51,373 nt of DNA from Balneolales bacterium (GTDB lineage: Bacteria > Bacteroidota > Rhodothermia > Balneolales > Balneolaceae): NCBI GenBank assembly GCA_030830725.1, contig JAURMN010000045.1:1-51373 (forward strand). The letters run 5' to 3'. Shown here piece after piece: positions 1-8,262 of the stretch. The translations under genes and the position numbers were made by a program. The notes under the pieces are model-generated. The model saw nothing but the letters and a program-made list of their open reading frames with translations, ran no database searches and was not told where the DNA came from. Within the stretch, counting starts at the first letter, position 1; each line of letters begins with the position of its first letter.

Positions 1-1
1 A

Positions 2-310
2 ATTGCCGCGAAAGCGGGAGCGACCTATATCTCTCCATTTATTGGCAGATTGGATGATATATCGACAGACGGAATGAATCTGATCTCTGAAATTGTGACG
101 ATATACGATAATTATGGATACGAAACCGAAGTATTGGCGGCAAGTGTACGCCATCCAATCCATGTACTTCAAGCTGCGGAATTAGGAGCAGATGTAGCTA
201 CAATGCCACTGAATGTCATCCTATCCTTACTCAAACATCCACTCACGGATATCGGCCTTGATCGTTTCCTCAAAGATTGGGATGCGCTTCAAAAGTCGCT
301 GAACTCCTGA
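2..310 (+). CDS. Transaldolase-like / fructose-6-phosphate aldolase (TalC/MipB/FSA class), C-terminal fragment; 5' end outside the window
   Basis: Frame is open from the window edge: [21 protein letters not shown]...[25 protein letters not shown]. The listed ORF 50..310 is only its internal-Met tail. TGA at 308-310 is followed by a hairpin terminator. Confidence 0.8.
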   Translation: MAAKAGATYISPFIGRLDDISTDGMNLISEIVTIYDNYGYETEVLAASVRHPIHVLQAAELGADVATMPLNVILSLLKHPLTDIGLDRFLKDWDALQKSLNS

Positions 311-347
311 GCTGAAATTAAACGACTTGGCAAAATGATCGCTATGT

Positions 348-377
348 AAGGCCTTTCAAACGAAAGGCCTTTTTTTA
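348..377 (+). terminator. Intrinsic terminator after the aldolase gene
   Basis: AAGGCCTTTC-aaac-GAAAGGCCTT: 10-bp perfect stem followed by a T7 run. Confidence 0.7.
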
Positions 378-384
378 TCCAAGA

Positions 385-1863
385 TCAGGCGGGGCCGATT
401 AATTTTTCGGCGATTATAGATGAAGAGAGTACGCCTGGTAATCCTGCACCCGGATGGGTCCCAGCCCCCACAAAATAGAGACCGTCTACATCTTCACTCT
501 TATTATGTGGACGGAACCAAGCCGACTGCGTCAATATTGGTTCGACGGAAAATGCGGATCCCTTGTAAGAGTGAAGGGTATCTCGAAAATGTAAAGGGTC
601 GATATAGTGTTCGGCCACTAAATTTTCTTCTAAATCAGGTAGATAGTTCTCTTCAAGGAAGCTCATAATTGAATCACGGTAAGGCTTAGCCGTTTCATTC
701 CAGTCTGTTCCACTGTCCAAGTGAGGCACAGGCGACAAGACATAGAAGGCTTCATGACCGTCAGGGGCCATAGAAGGATCCGTAAGAGTTGGCATATGCA
801 GATAGAGGGAAAAGTCTTCAGCCACTTTCTTTTTCTTAAAGATGTCGGTCAGTAGGCCTTTATATCGTTCCCCCAAAATGATATTGTGGTGTGCCAAGCC
901 CTGATCCCGATACCGTCTTTTGGTTCCGAAATAAATCACAAACAAGGACATCGAATAACGCATCCGCGCCAGTTTCTTGTCGGTATACTTACGACGGTGT
1001 ACCGGATTGATCAGCTTCATATAAGTGGTCGCCACATCAGCATTCGACACGACAACATCCGCATCCAGTTTTTCTCCATTTTTAAGGCGAACCCCTACGG
1101 TCTTTCCGTTCCGAACCAAAATTTCTTCGACCTCTTGGTTGAGCTCTACTTTTCCTCCTTGTTCTTCTATGAGACGAACGAGTGCATTCACAATAGAGCC
1201 GGTTCCTCCAAGCGCGTAATGGACTCCCCATTCACGTTCCAGATAGTGGATCATGGCATAGATGGAGGTTGTATCAAAGGGATTTCCTCCAACCAGGAGA
1301 GGATGGAAAGAAAAGGCTCTGCGCAAGAATTCGTCCTCGATGAATTGAGAGACATAGGTATAAACCGTTTTATGAGACTGCAATTTTACCAGATCGGGCA
1401 CCACTTTCATCATATCGGTAACCGATAGAAACGGATGGTCGGCAAGTTCCACGAAGCCCTTTTCAAATATTGCTTTCGTAGTCTTCAAGAAACGTGTGTA
1501 CCCCTCTTTATCAGCTGGATTGCGTTTATCAATTTCGCTCAGGATAAATTCGTGGTCGTTGTTATAATCAAACGGCTTGTTTTCCCAATCAAAGATTCGA
1601 TAAAAAGGATCACAAGGGACGAGCTGAAAGTAGTCTTCTCTCTTCTTACCAGCCGCCGCGAAGATATCGTCAAACATAAACGGAGCCGTAATTACGGTCG
1701 GTCCACCATCAAATTTGAAGCCGTTGATTTCATAGGTGTACCCACGCCCTCCTGGTTTGTCTCGTGACTCCAAAACGGTTACCTCGTGTCCGGCAGAGAG
1801 TAAGCGGGTTGCTGCTCCAAGGCCACCAAACCCGCTTCCGATAACAATGATTTTCTTTTTCAT
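385..1863 (-). CDS. crtI: Phytoene desaturase (CrtI family, FAD-dependent)
   Basis: 492 aa. N-terminal dinucleotide fold [18 protein letters not shown]. CrtI-like length and C-terminal [13 protein letters not shown] motif. Confidence 0.85.
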   Translation of the reverse strand: MKKKIIVIGSGFGGLGAATRLLSAGHEVTVLESRDKPGGRGYTYEINGFKFDGGPTVITAPFMFDDIFAAAGKKREDYFQLVPCDPFYRIFDWENKPFDYNNDHEFILSEIDKRNPADKEGYTRFLKTTKAIFEKGFVELADHPFLSVTDMMKVVPDLVKLQSHKTVYTYVSQFIEDEFLRRAFSFHPLLVGGNPFDTTSIYAMIHYLEREWGVHYALGGTGSIVNALVRLIEEQGGKVELNQEVEEILVRNGKTVGVRLKNGEKLDADVVVSNADVATTYMKLINPVHRRKYTDKKLARMRYSMSLFVIYFGTKRRYRDQGLAHHNIILGERYKGLLTDIFKKKKVAEDFSLYLHMPTLTDPSMAPDGHEAFYVLSPVPHLDSGTDWNETAKPYRDSIMSFLEENYLPDLEENLVAEHYIDPLHFRDTLHSYKGSAFSVEPILTQSAWFRPHNKSEDVDGLYFVGAGTHPGAGLPGVLSSSIIAEKLIGPA

Positions 1864-1986
1864 AGAGTAATAAAATCTTTTTCGATAAGGTAAACAGACT
1901 CTCGAGAGGGGTTATTGGTACGAGAGAGGTGTATGTATTGAGAAGGATTCATGTCAACTATCAGGATAAACACTAAATAGCTGAAT

Positions 1987-2664
1987 TTAATTCTGATATT
2001 GCTTTACGTATCCCTGAATACCCTTGGATTGGAGTCGACGTAATATCCTTTCAGCCTGCTCACGAGATTTATAGGCTCCATAATAGACCCGATAGACCGT
2101 TTTACCATTCGCAACTCGTTGTTCAACCGTTGCGCCCCGAACGGAAGATGCTTTTTTGCGAGCGTCGCTGCGAGATTGATACGATCCAATTTGAACTGTG
2201 AACAACTCCCTTCGAATCGTGGAAGCGTGTACGGGAGCGTCACCTTTTTCCACTAAAATCAATCGTACAGGAGCAGTTCCGGGTCCGATCATATCCATTT
2301 CCTGAGCCGCTTTTCGGGAAAGGTCAATAATCCGATCACCTACATAGGGTCCACGGTCATTAATGCGAACTACAACACTTCGTCCATTTTTTAAATTTTC
2401 TACCCGAACGACTGTATTGAATGGAAGCGTCTTATGCGCGGCAGTAAGATCGTCCATATCGTAGGTTTCTCCATTTGCCGTTTTTTTTCCATGAAAATCC
2501 GGTCCATACCAGCTTGCTACACCTTGTTGAATAGTGGAACCTCGAGATAATCCCCCGCCAAGAGTCCCTACAGTATTTCGAGTCATGGTAGTTGTGCCAC
2601 ATCCCTGCAATAGGGAAAGAACCAAAAAAGAAACAAGCAGAAGGGAATACGGATTTTTATACAT
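1987..2664 (-). CDS. rlpA: Septal ring lytic transglycosylase RlpA-like lipoprotein with C-terminal SPOR domain
   Basis: Lipobox LLQGC. DPBB region ASWYGPDFHGKKTANGETYD...RINDRGPY. SPOR-like FTVQIGSY...YRVYYGAY. Confidence 0.85.
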   Translation of the reverse strand: MYKNPYSLLLVSFLVLSLLQGCGTTTMTRNTVGTLGGGLSRGSTIQQGVASWYGPDFHGKKTANGETYDMDDLTAAHKTLPFNTVVRVENLKNGRSVVVRINDRGPYVGDRIIDLSRKAAQEMDMIGPGTAPVRLILVEKGDAPVHASTIRRELFTVQIGSYQSRSDARKKASSVRGATVEQRVANGKTVYRVYYGAYKSREQAERILRRLQSKGIQGYVKQYQN

Positions 2665-2794
2665 CGAAGGAAAAAATGAAGGAAGGTGAGACGTTGTTTT
2701 TCTTGCCTGGAATTCACTAATTTGTAGTGGTTTATCCTATAGCAGGACAATCCATTTTCTTACGAATTTGCTAACCTGATCTATCACAGGGAAC

Positions 2795-2831
2795 AACGCC
2801 GGACCGAGAGATCCGGCGTTTTTTTTCTTTT
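2795..2831 (+). terminator. Strong plus-strand intrinsic terminator with no upstream plus-strand ORF
   Basis: AACGCCGGA-ccgagaga-TCCGGCGTT: 9-bp GC-rich stem followed by T8 then CTTTT. On the minus strand the hairpin is not followed by a U tract. Confidence 0.6.
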
Positions 2832-2848
2832 CGCAGATTCCGAAAGTG

Positions 2849-2921
2849 AGCCGAAGATCGGATTCGAACCGACGACCTACGCTTTACGAGAGCGTTGCTC
2901 TACCAGCTGAGCTACTTCGGC
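2849..2921 (-). tRNA. tRNA-Thr (anticodon CGT)
   Basis: Reverse complement GCCGAAGTAGCTCAGCTGGTAGAGCAACGCTCTCGTAAAGCGTAGGTCGTCGGTTCGAATCCGATCTTCGGCT folds as a cloverleaf. Acceptor is GCCGAAG/CTTCGGC, anticodon loop CTCGTAA, T-loop TTCGAAT. Confidence 0.9.
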
Positions 2922-3029
2922 CTAATTAGATTTTAAGTCCAAAAGATACGAACTTACCGGGGTTAAAAAACAGCATTCCACTCGGAATCGTGTGGATTTA
3001 CGCACTCAAAACAGACCCTTTTTTATCGA

Positions 3030-3629
3030 ATGAATCTCATGGTCACGCCTGTTCTGATCGGAATAACATCCGCGATATCGCTATATGCATTATGGTTTCG
3101 ACCTACCATACTGGATTGGGGAATGCTCAGGCCCTATAGAGTATCAACCCGTAATACCTGGTATGAAGTCTTTACCTCCGGTTTCTTACACGGAAGCATG
3201 ACCCATTTGCTGGTAAATATGTTTGTTCTGTTGGTGTTTGGTTTAACTGTTGAGCAAAATATTGGACTGGCTCACATGGTTGGATTGTACATTAGTGGGA
3301 TACTTGTTTCTGCTCTTCCCTCATTATGGAAACATTCACATAACCCGTCCTATGCCACATTAGGAGCTTCCGGAGCCGTGGAGGCTGTCTTGTTCATTTT
3401 TATTTTTATGTTCCCGATGCAAGACATCTATCTTTTCTTCATTCCTGTGGGTATTCCAGCCTGGATCTTTGGACTTCTATTTCTTATCTACTCTCTGGCA
3501 GCCAGCAAAAATGGCGGTAAGATAAATCATGAAGCCCATATTGCCGGCTCGTTGTGGGGTCTGATCTATCCTCTCCTTTTTATCCCCAGAAGCCTGGATC
3601 ATCTAATAACACTACTTGGATTTTATTAA
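3030..3629 (+). CDS. Rhomboid family intramembrane serine protease
   Basis: 199 aa, multi-TM. FLHGSMTHLLVNM, catalytic-serine motif GASGAV, and downstream HIAGSLWG histidine. Confidence 0.8.
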   Translation: MNLMVTPVLIGITSAISLYALWFRPTILDWGMLRPYRVSTRNTWYEVFTSGFLHGSMTHLLVNMFVLLVFGLTVEQNIGLAHMVGLYISGILVSALPSLWKHSHNPSYATLGASGAVEAVLFIFIFMFPMQDIYLFFIPVGIPAWIFGLLFLIYSLAASKNGGKINHEAHIAGSLWGLIYPLLFIPRSLDHLITLLGFY

Positions 3630-4708
3630 GAATTACGTCTGAAGTGTTGCATAAAGGAGATCAAGGCATCCACAGACTCCATCGGACAGGCGTTATAAAT
3701 GCTGGCTCGAATCCCGCCGACATTTCGGTGACCTTTTAAAGCATCTAGACCTGCTGCTTCGGCCTCTTTCACGAATCGATCTTCGAACCCTTCATCTGCA
3801 AGACGAAAGGTAACATTCATTAGTGAGCGAGATTCGATTTCAGCTGTTCCTCTGTAGAAATCATCACGATCGATTTCGGCATACAATTTGGCTGCTTTTT
3901 CTTCATTGAAGGTTTGAATACCGGTCAAACCTCCTTGTTGCTCAAGCCATCCCAAAACCAGATTAACGATGTAAACCGTAAAGGTTGGGGGTGTGTTGAA
4001 CATCGTTTCTACGTGAGTGGAATAATTCAATATGGTTGGGATATCTCGCTTGACTTGAGTTTTGAGGAACTCTTCTTTGATCATAACAATAGCCAATCCC
4101 GACGGGCCAAGATTTTTTTGTGCTCCAGCATAGATGAGGCCATAGCGCTCCATATCCAAGGGTCTGGAGAGGAAATCAGAGGAGGCATCGCATACCAATG
4201 GAACACCGTTTGATTCCGGTTCTTCCGGAAATTCCGTTCCAAAAATGGTGTTATTAGACGTAAAATGTAGGTAAGCCGAAGAGGGGTCTACCTGGTATTC
4301 CCCTGGCTTTGGAACCCGATTAAAATTGGAGGATTCACTCGTAAATGGAACCTCCACATGGCCAAAATGACGCGCTTCCTTAATCGCTTTTTTAGACCAT
4401 TCCCCCGTATTGAGGTATGTCGCTTTTCCGTCCTGGGGAAGAAAATTCATTGGCACCATGGCAAATTGTGTGCTGGCACCACCCTGTAAGAAAAGTACAT
4501 GCCAGGAGTCATCCACTCCGGTAAGCCTGCGCAAGCGTTCAATCGCTTGGTCATGAACAGCCAAATAAGGTTTTCCGCGATGACTGATTTCCATTACTGA
4601 TGAACCCGTATTAGAAAAATCCAGCAACTCGGCCTGAGCCTGTTTTAGGACTTCAAGTGGAAGAATTGCAGGACCTGCGCTGAAATTGTGAACTCTTTTG
4701 GTGGTCAT
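3626..4708 (-). CDS. serC: 3-phosphoserine / phosphohydroxythreonine aminotransferase
   Basis: 360 aa. MTTKRVHNFSAGPAILP N-terminus and overall SerC-like class V aminotransferase pattern (YAGAQKNLGPSG). Confidence 0.9.
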   Translation of the reverse strand: MTTKRVHNFSAGPAILPLEVLKQAQAELLDFSNTGSSVMEISHRGKPYLAVHDQAIERLRRLTGVDDSWHVLFLQGGASTQFAMVPMNFLPQDGKATYLNTGEWSKKAIKEARHFGHVEVPFTSESSNFNRVPKPGEYQVDPSSAYLHFTSNNTIFGTEFPEEPESNGVPLVCDASSDFLSRPLDMERYGLIYAGAQKNLGPSGLAIVMIKEEFLKTQVKRDIPTILNYSTHVETMFNTPPTFTVYIVNLVLGWLEQQGGLTGIQTFNEEKAAKLYAEIDRDDFYRGTAEIESRSLMNVTFRLADEGFEDRFVKEAEAAGLDALKGHRNVGGIRASIYNACPMESVDALISFMQHFRRNS

Positions 4709-4774
4709 GGAGGGATTTCCGGGGCTAATGATTAAGAATGAAATGGTCTATGAATGTATAGGGTATCAAAAAAG

Positions 4775-5998
4775 TTAAAATGTGTGTACCACTAGTCCTG
4801 AACGTAATTTTGGTTCAAACCAAGTGGATTTTGGAGGCATAAGTTCTCCGGCATCTGATACGTCTACCAATTCCTGAATCGACGTTGGAAACATGCTAAA
4901 CGTAATCTGGGCCTCGCCTTCTTGAACGAGTTTTTCTAACTCTTCAGTTCCACGACGCCCGCCAACAAAAAAAATAGTTGGATCGGTACGGGGATCTCCA
5001 ATCCCAAAAACGGGGGTGAGCACCGTAGATTGGAGGAGTTCTGCATCCAGGCTCGCTACCACATTGGCATTAGGCGGTGTTGGGAGTGTGAATGTTTTCC
5101 AACTTCCTTGATAAAACACACAAACATCCCCTTTTCTCTGAGGAACGGGATTCTGTATTTCGCGTGGCCTGAATCGGGTTTCAAATTCCTGCAACTGTTC
5201 CGGTGTTATTTGAGTAATCGCACGATTGTACGCAAGGATTCTCATCTCAGCCATCGGGAATACCACTGCAGGGAAATAGAAAATTTCATGATCCTTCGAT
5301 AAGGTACGCCCCTCTGATTGAGCTGTTCGGTGCATTCTCTCAGCTGCATTCGCGGAGCTTTTACAACGATGATGTCCATCTGCAATGTAGATAAACGGAA
5401 CCTTCTGGAAAGCATCCACATAAGCCATCGGATTTTCACATTTCCAGAGTTTATGTGTGACACCGTCTTCAGCCCGGAAGGAGAAGTAGGGATTGTTCTG
5501 AGTCATTTCCCGAGTCATCATTTCTGTAATGCCCTGTTCATCCTTAAATGTCACCATTACAGGTTCCGGGTGTGAAGAGAGAGTGAGCATATGACGAGTT
5601 CGGTCTTCTTCTTTGTCAGGCCGCGTCAATTCATGTTTGAGAATGATATCCTCATTATACTCATGAACGGAAACACAGGAATAGAGACCGGTTTGAGTCT
5701 TTCCCAACCATTCCAATTGGTATATATAGAGGGAGGGGCTATCTTCCTGAGTATAAATCCCTTTATGCTTCATTTCCTCCCACACCTTAGCTCCCGCTTC
5801 ATAGACCTCATCCGCATGGATATCGGTCTCAGGTGAACAATTAATTTCAGGGCGAACGACATGGAGATAGCTGTCGGGTTTACCTCCTGCCAGGGCACGA
5901 GCTTCTGTTGTATTAATAACATCATAGGGGACACAGGCGATTTCGGCAACTTTTTCCGGAGAGGGAAGCCAACCTTTAAAAGGGTGTAAATGGGCCAT
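4775..5998 (-). CDS. DUF1015 family protein (function unknown)
   Basis: 407 aa. HPFKGWLP...VPYDVI N-terminus and ADGHHR motif typical of DUF1015. Directly upstream of serC on the same strand. Confidence 0.75.
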   Translation of the reverse strand: MAHLHPFKGWLPSPEKVAEIACVPYDVINTTEARALAGGKPDSYLHVVRPEINCSPETDIHADEVYEAGAKVWEEMKHKGIYTQEDSPSLYIYQLEWLGKTQTGLYSCVSVHEYNEDIILKHELTRPDKEEDRTRHMLTLSSHPEPVMVTFKDEQGITEMMTREMTQNNPYFSFRAEDGVTHKLWKCENPMAYVDAFQKVPFIYIADGHHRCKSSANAAERMHRTAQSEGRTLSKDHEIFYFPAVVFPMAEMRILAYNRAITQITPEQLQEFETRFRPREIQNPVPQRKGDVCVFYQGSWKTFTLPTPPNANVVASLDAELLQSTVLTPVFGIGDPRTDPTIFFVGGRRGTEELEKLVQEGEAQITFSMFPTSIQELVDVSDAGELMPPKSTWFEPKLRSGLVVHTF

Positions 5999-6144
5999 AG
6001 TGAAAGGAAAGTCTATTTGGAGGATATCAGAGAAATTAACTGGGACAATAAGGACGCATACAGGAAGTCAACTTCAAATTTGCGTACCTTTAAGAGCCTG
6101 CAAGGTAAGGGAAATTCTTGTTCACTGAAATCAAAAAACGCATC

Positions 6145-6489
6145 ATGGCCGCAAACTTAACATCCGGGACTTCTTCGGATCATCAGGTATCTGAGCATCC
6201 TAAATCCGAGCAAAAATCCGGAAGTCGTGACCCCAAACAACATCAGCAGCAGCAACTACTATTTATGATGTTGATTCAGCAGTATCAACAGATTGCCCAG
6301 GCAGGGCTTGGTCAGGTAGAGCACCCCACAACCGGTGAGTTGGAAGTTGACCTTTCGTCTGCGCGATTTGCAATCGATACATTGGGAATGCTTAAAGAAT
6401 TTACAAGAGGCAATATCACCAAGGAGATGAGTGAATATATCGAGGCGATCCTATCTCCCTTACAGAAGGAACTAGAGGCAATCGGATGA
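6145..6489 (+). CDS. DUF1844-like small protein
   Basis: Q-rich N-terminus, then LFMMLIQQYQQIAQAGLG...TGE...DLSSARFAIDTLGML. The listed ORF starts at TTG 6118, but the in-frame ATG at 6145 is preferred. Stop overlaps the next start (ATGA). Confidence 0.6.
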   Translation: MAANLTSGTSSDHQVSEHPKSEQKSGSRDPKQHQQQQLLFMMLIQQYQQIAQAGLGQVEHPTTGELEVDLSSARFAIDTLGMLKEFTRGNITKEMSEYIEAILSPLQKELEAIG

Positions 6490-6890
6490 AGACCATTCAA
6501 GCAGCAGGCGGGGTCGTGAAGACATCGGATGGTCAGGTATTGATGATATTCAGAAACGGAGTTTGGGATTTACCCAAAGGGAAAGTGGAATTTGGGGAAT
6601 CTGTTGAAGTGGCTGCAATCCGGGAAGTGGAGGAAGAAACAGGTCTTCATGGGGTCAAAATCGAACGTTCGCTGGGCATCACGGTGCATACGTACAAGCT
6701 GGATGATGAACCGGTGGAAAAAACAACCTGGTGGTATTTAATGGGATTAGAATCCCAAACAGATCCATACAGCCTTTCACTGAGGCCTCAACTGGAAGAA
6801 GGAATTACCGATATTTCCTGGAAATCGGTTGAGCAGGCTTGCAAAGTGGCCGGCTATGAAAACCTCATCACGATCCTGAATCGACTTTGA
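6486..6890 (+). CDS. NUDIX hydrolase
   Basis: Nudix box GKVEFGESVEVAAIREVEEETGL. Confidence 0.85.
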   Translation: MKTIQAAGGVVKTSDGQVLMIFRNGVWDLPKGKVEFGESVEVAAIREVEEETGLHGVKIERSLGITVHTYKLDDEPVEKTTWWYLMGLESQTDPYSLSLRPQLEEGITDISWKSVEQACKVAGYENLITILNRL

Positions 6891-6923
6891 TGGGTATTCT
6901 CAATTCAGTCTAAACCGAACGAT

Positions 6924-6956
6924 AAAAAAAAGCCTGAAGCGTGATTCAGGCTTTTC
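6924..6956. terminator. Bidirectional intrinsic terminator (NUDIX gene on + and tonB on -)
   Basis: A8 tract, then AGCCTGAA-gcgtga-TTCAGGCT, then TTTT. On the minus strand this reads as a hairpin followed by U8. Confidence 0.6.
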
Positions 6957-7019
6957 CATTTCTTTCTAAATGGTCAACGAGTAATTCGTTGAACCTTGCT
7001 TCAGGCGTAGATCCTGCCG

Positions 7020-7670
7020 TTAGTTTTGAAGTTTGAATACCACGGGAAGGTTGTATTGAACCCGAACTGGGCGTCCGCGTTGAAGACCTGGCTTAAACTT
7101 GGCCTTTTTAATGGCTTTTAGAGCTTCTTCGTCACAACCTCCGCCAATTCCACGGATGACGCGTGGATTTTCGACCTCCCCTTTTTCGTTCACAATAAAC
7201 TGGAGGAATACGCGACCTTCGATCCCGGCTTTACGAGCCATCTCAGGATACGTGATGTTTCGCTGCAGACCGGCAAGTCCACCAATTAACTCAGGCATAT
7301 TCTCAACGACTGTGAAGAAATCTTCTTCGTCATCAGCTGGAGGGGGAGGTGGAGGCAGATTCAACGGTCCGTCAAGCGCAAGATCGGCATCAATATTGAT
7401 ATCAATGTCTTCGATGATTTCATCATTTGGTACTTCTACCGGGACAGGAGGACGAGGTGGTGGCGGAGGGGTATCCATTTGGCGTGTCTGAATGATCTCT
7501 TCCATTTCCACAATTTCCTGCTCAGAGAGTTGAATTTCTTCAGGAGCTTCTGAACGGATTTCTACTCGAACAGCAACAATAAAAATGACCAGAGCCAACA
7601 AAAGACCCAGTTCCAAAAAAACGGTGTAATAACTGCGTAAATCGGCTTGGGGTTTTTTTCTTTCTAACAT
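7020..7670 (-). CDS. tonB: TonB family energy transducer
   Basis: N-terminal TM helix, proline-rich spacers (PPPPPRPPVPVEVP, PPPPPP), and C-terminal TonB domain (YPEMARKAGIEGRVFLQFIVNEKGEV...). Confidence 0.8.
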   Translation of the reverse strand: MLERKKPQADLRSYYTVFLELGLLLALVIFIVAVRVEIRSEAPEEIQLSEQEIVEMEEIIQTRQMDTPPPPPRPPVPVEVPNDEIIEDIDINIDADLALDGPLNLPPPPPPADDEEDFFTVVENMPELIGGLAGLQRNITYPEMARKAGIEGRVFLQFIVNEKGEVENPRVIRGIGGGCDEEALKAIKKAKFKPGLQRGRPVRVQYNLPVVFKLQN

Positions 7671-7751
7671 AAGGATGGTGCTTGATGAGACGGTTAATTA
7701 CCAAGAAACCTCGAATGGCTATTATACTTCATTTGAAGTAAAAAGCCAATC

Positions 7752-8204
7752 CTAATCTTTAGTTTCAACGCTTTTTATGTAAAAAGATTTTGTGCTTACC
7801 CATTTCAAAGTTCCAGCAGCACTGATTGCTCCCAGACCATTGGCGATGGTGTCTGCAATATCCGGGGTGCGATCTATTGGCAGAATACCCTGAAGAATTT
7901 CAATGATCACTCCAAATAAAAAACCGATGATTACTATCCAATTGAGAGTTGTCGAAAAATCTGTTTGAAGAAGTGAGGAATCGGCTTGCTTTTTTTTCCT
8001 TCTGAGTTGATGAAATCGGATCGTGAATACCCAACCAAACAGAAATGACCATCCTCCGAACATCAAAAAATGGACGATTTTATCGAGATAAGGAATTTTG
8101 GATCCACCTCCCTGTAAAGGAATCAGTGTAAGTGTGATTACCACAACCGTGGTAATCAGGAAGGCAACTGTGACCAGGTTTTGCGTTGTGCGAGGGGAAA
8201 TCAT
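7752..8204 (-). CDS. VanZ-like membrane protein
   Basis: 150 aa, 4 TM. DKIVHFLMFG and DIADTIANGLG motifs resemble the VanZ family. Confidence 0.55.
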   Translation of the reverse strand: MISPRTTQNLVTVAFLITTVVVITLTLIPLQGGGSKIPYLDKIVHFLMFGGWSFLFGWVFTIRFHQLRRKKKQADSSLLQTDFSTTLNWIVIIGFLFGVIIEILQGILPIDRTPDIADTIANGLGAISAAGTLKWVSTKSFYIKSVETKD

Positions 8205-8262
8205 CTTAGTAATACCATGTATGGATAACCTATTATGGCTTTATGAAAAATCGTTGAGTCAA

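Noticed and set aside
886-1428. 180-aa plus-strand ORF (and 1435..1767, 110 aa) inside the crtI region
   Set aside because: It is entirely antisense to a well-supported CrtI gene, and the translation has no recognisable motifs. This is a typical shadow ORF.
2481-2488. T8/A8 homopolymers inside many genes (rlpA, DUF1015, vanZ-like, TetR-like, yhhQ, GT2, MFS) as phase-variation switches
   Set aside because: They correspond to FF or KK codon pairs and are spread evenly through housekeeping genes. This is a compositional feature rather than a set of contingency loci. Only the T9 tract in the GGY lipoprotein is retained as a low-score finding.
2676-2720. 14-codon ORF (MKEGETLFFLPGIH) upstream of the orphan terminator
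   Set aside because: It is too short and has no support. The terminator is better explained by a non-coding transcript.
7099-7491. 130-aa Gly/Ser-rich ORF
   Set aside because: It is the antisense image of the proline-rich TonB linker (CCN codons read as GGN). It is not a gene.
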